Shown piece by piece: positions 8,084 to 15,591 of a DNA stretch of 54,688 nucleotides (its first letter is position 1; each line of letters opens with the position of its first letter). This DNA comes from a virus (lineage: Duplodnaviria; Caudoviricetes): the IMG/VR virus record IMGVR_UViG_3300028557_000048, positions 1 to 54,688 of that record; one strand, 5' to 3'. The notes below the pieces were generated by a model, which did no database searches, was not told the origin of the DNA, and saw only the letters and a program-made list of their open reading frames with translations. The translations under genes were made by a program, and so were the position numbers.

Positions 8084-9808
8084 CTATGAGGCTTTCCATT
8101 TCCATGTTGTCTGACCACAGTCCCATATGCGATCAAACCCACAAGATTGCATAATTTCCCATTCTGACATTGACCCGTCGTAGCCTTCTGCGACAAGCTT
8201 TGCCTTTTGAAATTTATTTCTAGAAAACCGCTTTTTATAATCTGTGTAGCAATATCCAACATTCGTTGATGTGTTGACAAATCCAAGTTGTTTATACACG
8301 TTGCCAGTGAACCAACGATTATCACTATACGATACTATAGATTTAGGAAAATAAGTTTTGACAAACATAGACATCATTTTATTTGCGCCGCCCACAACAC
8401 CAGTCGAAGAACAATATCGAATCAGTTCCCACTCAACCGTGTTGTTAAATCTTGCCTTACGAAATGTCATTATAGATATCAACTTATCGTTAAATTTCAA
8501 TCCAATATTAACTTTTGCAGGGGCGAAGCCTTGGATGTGATTTTGTTCTATGAACATCTTTGCTTCGTTGTGGCTGATCTCTTCAACTGAGCATTGTCTA
8601 GCATACAACGGCACTGACGATTTACCCAAAATATTTATTAGTATTGCTTTACACTGCTCTTTTCGGTCATCCCATTCGTCTTGAAACATTGTGACAAGCC
8701 TGATTCCATGCTCAGCGCAATGTTTATGCTTACTTGCATGATAATTTCTTGTCCGACTCGACGAATTTTCTGAGTGCCAGTACAATCCTCCGCACTCAAT
8801 CGCAACATTCAAATTTGGAATGTAAAAATCTAGCTCTTGCGGAAAAATGATGTTGCGATTTCCTTGTTCGTAAGTAATGTTGATGCTGGTTAGCCATTCT
8901 GCTATTTCAATTTCAAATTTACTAGACAACGGACGAGCAAACAACTTGCTAGCATCATATTTCTTCGCGTATAGATACAATGTATGTGGGGCTATTTTTA
9001 AAATAGTGATAGCTTCTTCTCTGGTCTTACCTGATATTGTTTGAGTGAATAGGTTTTCGTCGTCGAGAATTTTTAAGGTATCGTCGGGTATATAGATTCT
9101 ACTAGCAGCCCCAACGTTATATCTTTCGAATAAAGTAACTTTTCGTTTTAGATTTACCGTGCTGACATCGTTGTTGGCTTGCCAACTGTCTCTCATCTGT
9201 TTGACAGAATTTTTGTTCTGTAATGGAAACAGTACCCCGTGTTTTTCAGCATGTGTTGTTTGAGTTTTTAGTTGCTGTGAGCCAAGTTTCATGTGATGTG
9301 TTTCACCATACCGAACTAAGTTAGTATTCTGCGTTTTAAGTTTTGATATAGTTTTTTCTTCGTTTGATCTACTATTTTTCTTAGATTGGACCAACTCTTG
9401 TTGAGACTTCAGTTTCATATGATGTTCAACACCATATTTTTCTAGGCTAGTTTGTTTGATTCGCTCTTGAATTCCGGGAATTTGCGAAGAATTTGTAACT
9501 CCATATTTTTCCAAAAAACCCTGCTGTTGTTTTTCTATTCTATCTCTTATTACATCTTTGCATTTGTTTCCAAGATCACATCCAGTACGATATCCTGTAG
9601 TAAAAGTATTGAACTTGCGATAGTTTCCATCAGAACATCTCGGGGGTTCACCGTTCAGAACAATGTAAACCTGTTCCATAGTGTTTTTAACTGGATATTG
9701 AACTGTAGTATGTGTTAGCCACTGAACAATATCAGGACGAGTTTTTAGCCATTTTGGCATTGCACATAACTTTCGGTGTTTCAAAAAGTTTTGAATTTCT
9801 GTGATCAT
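8084..9808 (-). CDS. Hef-like putative homing endonuclease: N-terminal 'EKYGV' repeats, Vsr/PD-(D/E)XK nuclease, C-terminal GNAT/Mom-like region
   Basis: Repeats LEKYGV/VRYGE/EKHGV/ERYNV; 'ELDFYIPNLNVAIECGGLYWHS'; 'ELIRYCS...GGANK...SYSDNRW.TGNVY'. Confidence 0.75.
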   Translation of the reverse strand: MITEIQNFLKHRKLCAMPKWLKTRPDIVQWLTHTTVQYPVKNTMEQVYIVLNGEPPRCSDGNYRKFNTFTTGYRTGCDLGNKCKDVIRDRIEKQQQGFLEKYGVTNSSQIPGIQERIKQTSLEKYGVEHHMKLKSQQELVQSKKNSRSNEEKTISKLKTQNTNLVRYGETHHMKLGSQQLKTQTTHAEKHGVLFPLQNKNSVKQMRDSWQANNDVSTVNLKRKVTLFERYNVGAASRIYIPDDTLKILDDENLFTQTISGKTREEAITILKIAPHTLYLYAKKYDASKLFARPLSSKFEIEIAEWLTSINITYEQGNRNIIFPQELDFYIPNLNVAIECGGLYWHSENSSSRTRNYHASKHKHCAEHGIRLVTMFQDEWDDRKEQCKAILINILGKSSVPLYARQCSVEEISHNEAKMFIEQNHIQGFAPAKVNIGLKFNDKLISIMTFRKARFNNTVEWELIRYCSSTGVVGGANKMMSMFVKTYFPKSIVSYSDNRWFTGNVYKQLGFVNTSTNVGYCYTDYKKRFSRNKFQKAKLVAEGYDGSMSEWEIMQSCGFDRIWDCGQTTWKWKAS

Positions 9809-9813
9809 ACTGC

Positions 9814-9821
9814 TATTTATG
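9814..9821 (-). promoter_or_regulatory. Late promoter CATAAATA, 5 nt before the ATG of the Hef-like gene
   Basis: Motif match. Confidence 0.6.
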
Positions 9822-9867
9822 CATTGACCGCGGCGTCTAAATTACCTATGTTTAAAATGTCACATGA

Positions 9868-12800
9868 TTAATTATTAGATGCACGCAATATCTTCTCAGA
9901 AATGTCATTGGTAGTGCGTATAGCATCTACCATACTGTCCAACTTTGCGTTCAACAATTCCATAACTGCTATATTAATTCTTGTATTATCTAAATTAGCA
10001 TTACGCGCGAATGTGTCATTCTTTATCGTGTTTTCAACAGTTGCAGTCTTTTCAGAATTCATATCACGTACAATTTTATTGATCGTAGCAGTCATCGTTT
10101 TTGGAGTAAAGCTAGCTGAACTCAATGAGCCAAATGCTTTGTCATCTTTCATATCCATGAGAGAATCTAACTGTGTCGCAGGTGATTTTGCCAGCATCAT
10201 AAGTGCTGAATTATTAACAAGAGGGGCGATAAGTTCAGTACCGTGTAATGTTGCTGGATAACCTGAAGATGGTCCAGTAAACACTCCACCCTTTTCTGCT
10301 TTCAATTCTACGTGCGGGGGATCATTTCGGTAGGGACGATGCAATCCATATTTGTGCAAATATGGATCAAAAGCACCTCGGTCTGCACTTATATCCAGTG
10401 CTTCACCGCGACCATGTTTGCTACCAGCACCTGACCCGTCTACTTTATATTGCTTTCCCCCATAAGTAATAGTAGTGTCATTCATTGGTCTAGCAGGGGT
10501 ATGAATGCCTGATTCCCCTAAAATATTGCCTCTTACCCAAAGCTCTGCTTGGTATTGATCGGAACGATGTGCGCTGTTTATTTTTATAGGGCGTCTAAAC
10601 TCTTTAGCAGCAGTAAAGAACCTGGAAAGCAAATTAGAATTCATTCCGGATAAATCAGCACGGTCCCCTAATGTTATATTATCGGGCTTACTAGATATAA
10701 GTTTAGTGTCCGCCATTGGTCCTCCAGCAAGTTGTGGTCCTCCAGCAAGTTGTGGTCCTCCACTTCTAGCCAATTGTTGAACAAATTCGGGGGTATCACC
10801 TTTCTGGACCTTCGCTGTCGCGGTGCTCATTTTTTTGTTCATCAACTCATATACTTCACCTAAAGTTCTAGCACGATCTCCATCATAGTAGATGTTTCTG
10901 TTGGCTTTTGCTGCGTTTGGATTTAAATCTGCTGCAATGGCATTTGGATCTCGATTCATCGCGTTCAAGAATTGAGTTGCACCGCCAGCACCCAAAAAGT
11001 GAGCCATATATAAATCTGTATTAGATGCTCTTCTGCCAGTACCCTTTTCAAGTTGTTTTCTTTGCTTTTCAGTAAAATAAGCCATAACTTCTGCGGCTTT
11101 GTTTGGATCAAATTTATCTTGTAGAGAATAGTCTTTGCCCATCTCTTTGGTTAGCTGTTTCCAAGTTGAGTCCAAAAATTGAAACATGCCTCCGGCAGAA
11201 CTAGTTGTTGCTCTAGCATCTGCTCTGCCCCCTGATTCGATCATGGCTGTCGCAGCCATATATGATCCTAAGTTTGCGGGTATCTGAGGCGCGCCTGATG
11301 CGGAACCACCGGACGACCCACCGTACGAACCACCTTGTGGAGTAGTTTCAGTATTACCTGACATATTGAACATCAGTTGTGATAAAGCATCTAATGCTTG
11401 TTTAAACCTATTCAGCATGTTGCCTGTACTAAGTAATTCATCTTTAAATTTCTTTATTGATTCAGACATTTCAGTAGTACTGTCAGTGGTAGTAGAATCA
11501 GATGTGGGTTTTATAAGTTTTTCTAATGCTTTCGACGATTTAGCACTTTCATTTAGTATCGCTTGTGTTTCCGGAGAAATTGCAGTATCACCTGGGGTCG
11601 CTACTTCTGATTCAGGTTTATCTTTGCCCGCAAGTACTTGTTCTGCAATCCCTGTGGTTTGCACATTGCCAGCTTCAGGTTCAGGTTTATCTTTTCCTTT
11701 AAATGCACCAAACAAAGCATCCCCTGCTTTTCCACCAGCAAAATAGCCGAGGCCGCCTCCAAGAAGTCCTCCGATAGCAGCGCCGGGTACTGCGCCCACA
11801 CCACCAAATAAACTTCCTATTGCGCCTCCGGCCATGGCGCCGCCTTTAGCACCAAGTGCAGCACCAGCAAGGCCGCCACCCACTCCTGTTGCGATCTGTG
11901 TTGCGCTTTGTTTTTCTTGGGCTCTACCATATGTGTCAAGCCCAGCACCGACCACAGCGGAGCCAGCTAGCAATCTTCCAGCACCACTGCCTAACAATCT
12001 TCCGGCGCCGCCGGCAGCAATTCGACCTCTACCTCGACCTCTGCCGCCGCCTCCTCCCATTGCATCTACCCCAGCTGCCAGTACAGCCTTTCCTGCCAAT
12101 GCTGATAGAGCTACCGCAGCGATAGAGGCTGCACCGAATAGTGCAGTAGCAGCTATGGTAGTAGCAGTAAAACCACTAGTTAATGGGTTAATACTAGCAA
12201 CCAAATCGTCTACCGTAAGTTTGGCAAGCCTTTCTGCTTCTGTTAATTCTGCACGTGCCTTTTGAGCAGGATCCAAGGCAACTGCACCTTTACCTGCTTT
12301 TAGGTCGTCTAGTTCTTTTCGTTTTTTTGCAGCAATTTGTTCCTGAGTCAGACCATCTGACAAATCTTTGATAATTCTAGTTACGTTACCAACAGTTTCT
12401 CTGGTAATACCGGATATATTTTGGAGGTCTTCACTTAATGCTAAAGTACTTGTATTGGCACCGCCAGAAGCATTCATGAACTGTTGAACATTTTTTGCAT
12501 ATGCAGTAGTGAATTGTCCTGTTTGGTATGTACCTTCCTTAACCGCTCTAATTTGTTCATCAAGATTATGCCCGATAACAAGAAACCTAGAACTTGCCGG
12601 AGTCATTGCACCTGTTAACAATTGCATTTGTGCGGCGGCAGTTTTTACAGGGTCCCCAAAACTACCAACGTCATCAATAAATCTGTTGGCGGCCGCGATT
12701 TCTCTGTCTAATGCGTCAAGTTTTTCTTTAGCAGCCGGATCACCGGATTTTTCTAACGCAAGACGTTCTTGTTGCCAACGATTCTCTTGTAATGTCCACT

Positions 12801-13737
12801 CATAAGTAGCACGATTTATTTCTTGTTGTTGTCTAGTTGTCTCGACATCTTTGCCGGTCAAATCGGAAAGTATCAATAGATTTTCAGTGTAAGCCTGTGC
12901 TTGTTTTGCTAACTTGCCTTCGCTTAGCTGTCTTGAGGTTAAACCGGCGTTTGAGCTTTGCAATAATCTAACGTAATCTCCGGTAGCTTTGATCCTTGCG
13001 TCGTCATCAAACCCTAACTTTAAAAAATCTTTACGTGTTTTAGCAGTAGTCGTATTCATTTCAGCGAACGCTCTAACGCCGTCCGCGGTAGTTGAACCCA
13101 ATACTCGTAATCCGCCATTCAGTGTAGTCGCTTGATTAGAGAATTTTGCTAAATCACTTGACGAAAGCCCCATTGCCTTGCCCATTTGACGTAGTTCGTT
13201 AGTAGCAAACGAGCCTGCAGCGCCTGATTTCGAGAGTGCATCATTTACCTTTAAAAGGCTGTCGGCCTGTTTAAATGCTAATTCTGCAACTCTTGTGAGT
13301 CCTTGAGCAGCTAATCCAGCCGCTATTCCCAATGGACCAAAATTTGACGTAACTGCTTTTGCTGCATCACCTAATGAGTTTAATCCAGCGCCGTATTTTG
13401 CGAATCCCTCAGTTCCAGAAAACAATGCGGTACTGAATGAGCCCAGTGCGATCTTACCGTGGTGCAATGCATTTTTTAAGCCTTCAGCAGCAGCGTCAGT
13501 CTTTTTTGTTGACTCAACTCCGGCTTCTGCGTATGTACGCAGTGCTTGTCCAGCATCTTGTGTAGCACGCGCCGAATCTCGCGTGGCACGTGTAGCATCT
13601 CTTGTAGCATGGTCGAGCGGTTGAACTGTCTTAGCAAAATTTGCTAAAGTGCTAGCCATAACACTGTTATATTGGCTCAACAATTCAGTGGACTGTCTTA
13701 GCTGTTCTTCGTACTGCTCTTGTATTTCTGGATCCAT
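9868..13737 (-). CDS. Tape-measure protein with lytic transglycosylase and M15-like peptidase domains
   Basis: Long Ala-rich helical N-terminus and a Gly-rich hydrophobic segment. SLT motifs 'IESGG..A....SSAGGMFQF...TW' and 'YMAHFLGAGGA'; M15 motifs 'SAHRS', 'SKHGRGEALD', 'PHVE'. Start probably ATG 13737 or 13743 rather than 13776. Confidence 0.8.
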   Translation of the reverse strand: MDPEIQEQYEEQLRQSTELLSQYNSVMASTLANFAKTVQPLDHATRDATRATRDSARATQDAGQALRTYAEAGVESTKKTDAAAEGLKNALHHGKIALGSFSTALFSGTEGFAKYGAGLNSLGDAAKAVTSNFGPLGIAAGLAAQGLTRVAELAFKQADSLLKVNDALSKSGAAGSFATNELRQMGKAMGLSSSDLAKFSNQATTLNGGLRVLGSTTADGVRAFAEMNTTTAKTRKDFLKLGFDDDARIKATGDYVRLLQSSNAGLTSRQLSEGKLAKQAQAYTENLLILSDLTGKDVETTRQQQEINRATYEWTLQENRWQQERLALEKSGDPAAKEKLDALDREIAAANRFIDDVGSFGDPVKTAAAQMQLLTGAMTPASSRFLVIGHNLDEQIRAVKEGTYQTGQFTTAYAKNVQQFMNASGGANTSTLALSEDLQNISGITRETVGNVTRIIKDLSDGLTQEQIAAKKRKELDDLKAGKGAVALDPAQKARAELTEAERLAKLTVDDLVASINPLTSGFTATTIAATALFGAASIAAVALSALAGKAVLAAGVDAMGGGGGRGRGRGRIAAGGAGRLLGSGAGRLLAGSAVVGAGLDTYGRAQEKQSATQIATGVGGGLAGAALGAKGGAMAGGAIGSLFGGVGAVPGAAIGGLLGGGLGYFAGGKAGDALFGAFKGKDKPEPEAGNVQTTGIAEQVLAGKDKPESEVATPGDTAISPETQAILNESAKSSKALEKLIKPTSDSTTTDSTTEMSESIKKFKDELLSTGNMLNRFKQALDALSQLMFNMSGNTETTPQGGSYGGSSGGSASGAPQIPANLGSYMAATAMIESGGRADARATTSSAGGMFQFLDSTWKQLTKEMGKDYSLQDKFDPNKAAEVMAYFTEKQRKQLEKGTGRRASNTDLYMAHFLGAGGATQFLNAMNRDPNAIAADLNPNAAKANRNIYYDGDRARTLGEVYELMNKKMSTATAKVQKGDTPEFVQQLARSGGPQLAGGPQLAGGPMADTKLISSKPDNITLGDRADLSGMNSNLLSRFFTAAKEFRRPIKINSAHRSDQYQAELWVRGNILGESGIHTPARPMNDTTITYGGKQYKVDGSGAGSKHGRGEALDISADRGAFDPYLHKYGLHRPYRNDPPHVELKAEKGGVFTGPSSGYPATLHGTELIAPLVNNSALMMLAKSPATQLDSLMDMKDDKAFGSLSSASFTPKTMTATINKIVRDMNSEKTATVENTIKNDTFARNANLDNTRINIAVMELLNAKLDSMVDAIRTTNDISEKILRASNN
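10717..10762. repeat. 18-bp tandem repeat (about 2.5 copies) encoding a GGPQLA linker
   Basis: TGGTCCTCCAGCAAGTTG repeated. Confidence 0.9.
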
Positions 13738-13773
13738 AATCATTTCCGAAAAAAATATTTTGGGTTTTTTACC

Positions 13774-13798
13774 CACTAAATATACTTAGTATTTAGTG
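13774..13798. promoter_or_regulatory. Inverted pair of late-type promoters (ACTAAATA on each strand) between divergent tape-measure and gp26-like genes
   Basis: CACTAAATA-N7-TATTTAGTG. Confidence 0.6.
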
Positions 13799-13834
13799 TT
13801 GGGAAAATTACCCAAAATCATAAGGAAATAACAT

Positions 13835-14659
13835 ATGAACAACAATCCACTTAAGCAGTATTTCAGAAGACCGTCGATCTATCTCAAGTTACCTAGCGGT
13901 GGAAAAAACTATGCACCCGGCGTAATCGACATGCCCGAGACCGGTGAACTCCCAGTATATCCTATGACTGCAATCGACGAAATTACTGCTAGAACTCCCG
14001 ACGCATTATTTAATGGGGTAGCAGTTGCGCAGTTGATTGCAAGTTGCATTCCTGATATCAAAGACCCATGGCAAATCAACTCAATGGATTTAGATGCAAT
14101 TCTTATTGCTGTAAGAGCCTCTAGTGGTAACGGTGAGATGAAGGTAGAATCAACCTGTCCTGCATGCGGCGAAACAAGTCCTTACTCTATAAACTTAGTT
14201 GCGATATTGTCTTCGCTCGAACCAGGTGATTATTCTACTCCACTGGAGATAAACGAATTGTCATTTAAATTCAAGCCACTAACCTATAAACAATTGAACG
14301 ATGCAGCAAAAGAACAATTTAGTGTACAACGTGTATTTGCCACATTAGACTTCATCGAAGACGCTGAACAAAGAGCAACTACTAGTGAAGAAGCACTAAG
14401 AAAAATTACCGAACTAACTATGGACATTGTCAGCAGCGGAATAGAATATATACAAACACCTACGGTCAAAGTAACAGAAAAAGAATTTATTAATGATTTT
14501 TTGCATAACTGCGACAAAGAGATGTACATCTCTATTAGAGATTTCAATAGTGAGCTTAAAAGAGCAACTGAACTGAAGCCACTAAAGATGAAGTGTGACA
14601 GTTGCGAACATGAATACGAACAGAGCTTTACGCTAAATCCAGCAGATTTTTTCGAGTAA
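13835..14659 (+). CDS. gp26-like baseplate hub / tail assembly chaperone
   Basis: 'NPLKQYFRRPSIYLKLPSGG', 'PMTAIDEI', 'DLDAILIAVR', two CxxC motifs, C-terminal 'DFFE'; SD AAGGA. Confidence 0.75.
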   Translation: MNNNPLKQYFRRPSIYLKLPSGGKNYAPGVIDMPETGELPVYPMTAIDEITARTPDALFNGVAVAQLIASCIPDIKDPWQINSMDLDAILIAVRASSGNGEMKVESTCPACGETSPYSINLVAILSSLEPGDYSTPLEINELSFKFKPLTYKQLNDAAKEQFSVQRVFATLDFIEDAEQRATTSEEALRKITELTMDIVSSGIEYIQTPTVKVTEKEFINDFLHNCDKEMYISIRDFNSELKRATELKPLKMKCDSCEHEYEQSFTLNPADFFE

Positions 14660-14883
14660 GGCTTCTTCGTGCGTCACCTGAAGACATCAAGAAGCTTATA
14701 GATGGGATGGAAAACGAAGTCAGGGATATCAAAAAATCATGCATGTCGATGGCATGGTATATGAGAGGTGGTATTACCTATGATGAGATTCTTAATCTAA
14801 GCGAAGAAGAACGCAAGTCAATTAGCGAGATCATCGAAAGCAACCTAGAAGTAACAAAAACTTCTCAGATGCCATTCTTCTAG
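14653..14883 (+). CDS. gp51-like ORF in the -1 frame overlapping the gp26-like stop (not in ORF track)
   Basis: Open frame RVRLLRASPEDIKKLIDGMENEVRDIKKSCMSMAWYMRGGITYDEILNLSEEERKSISEIIESNLEVTKTSQMPFF*; first ATG at 14707 has no clear SD. Confidence 0.75.
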   Translation, partial: RVRLLRASPEDIKKLIDGMENEVRDIKKSCMSMAWYMRGGITYDEILNLSEEERKSISEIIESNLEVTKTSQMPFF

Positions 14884-14888
14884 CAAAC

Positions 14889-14926
14889 GTAATAGGGAAA
14901 ATTATTAATTTAATTTTCTCTATTAC
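14889..14926. terminator. 16-bp AT-rich hairpin directly after the gp51-like stop
   Basis: GTAATAGGGAAAATTA / TAATTTTCTCTATTAC with one G-T pair; lies where two transcription units converge; no clear U-tract. Confidence 0.5.
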
Positions 14927-15061
14927 CATATTATACCATTCTATATCTTGGAGAGTTGTTCTTCGAACAACTTATACCTAACTCACTTCGTTCGTTCGGT
15001 CTACTCTTTTTCTTTGTTTAAATCTCTTAATTAAGGGTTCTTCCATATAAGTTCTAGAAAC

Positions 15062-15432
15062 CAATTGCCGATTTTGAGCCATGGTAGTGCTAATTTAGCA
15101 CTACCAAAGTTTTAGGATGCCATGACCCGTCACCTTTGCTATCTGTTCCCCGATATACTAGCCCTGTTCTTTGCTGTATAACGCCACCGGTTGCCCTGTA
15201 AAGTAATGATGGGACTGTAGTTGAGGCCGTAGCACTCAGCAACGCATGTTCTACATCTTCAAGATAGAGTATAATGTAGACTCATTCCGGGTTCGCAAAA
15301 CCATGTCGATTGCCCGGTCGGTGTTCCATAGACAACGCATGTCTACGCTTTTTGAGAGAATGCACTCTCGGCTCCAGATCCGTAACGCAGGTGTCTGCGC
15401 CCTCAAGGAGAGTCGAGCAACCCCGACCAAAC
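15062..15432 (-). ncRNA. Candidate large structured non-coding RNA (or structured replication origin), family not recognised
   Basis: GC-richer than its flanks, no credible ORF, at least ten helices. G-U pairs and a cUACGg tetraloop are consistent with the minus strand. Confidence 0.55.
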
Positions 15433-15591
15433 AGCTATGTATGTATAATCCCAAACAATTATGTATGTATGAGCAAGACTTTGTGTCTGATGAGCTTTAT
15501 ATGGGATAAATGAGTGGCAAGACTTTGGTGTCTGTGAGTATATTAAGAAAGCTAAGTATTGAGCGTTATGTTTCCGGACATGGTGTCTGTG
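15427..15591. repeat. Cluster of short direct repeats
   Basis: CCAAACA(GC/AT)TATGTATGTAT at 15427-15446 and 15451-15470; GCAAGACTTTG(G)TGTCTG at 15473 and 15517; TGGTGTCTGTG again near 15581. Confidence 0.75.

Noticed and set aside
13738-13776. ORF-track starts for tape measure (13776), resolvase (16190), gp55 (20232) and gp6 (29226)
   Set aside because: The resolvase and gp6 starts overlap a promoter motif or neighbouring gene, the tape-measure start overlaps the inverted promoter pair, and the gp55 start lacks an SD. Downstream starts (13737, 16109, 20175, 29256) fit SD or promoter spacing better.
14657-14703. Stop readthrough of the gp26-like gene
   Set aside because: The zero frame meets another stop after 13 codons; the protein-like continuation is in the -1 frame.
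15062-15432. Group I intron, tmRNA, RNase P or tRNA identity for the structured region
   Set aside because: ACAGUCC weakly resembles a group I S element, but I found no matching R element or interrupted gene. There is no GAGGAAAGUCC, T-loop or CCA acceptor end.
15246-15513. Three short overlapping ORFs (15246-15509 +, 15251-15454 -, 15310-15513 +)
   Set aside because: No SD, atypical composition and mutually overlapping; better explained as by-products of a structured, repeat-containing non-coding region.
15427-15540. Mini CRISPR array
   Set aside because: Only two copies per repeat, spacing irregular or too short, and no cas genes in the window.
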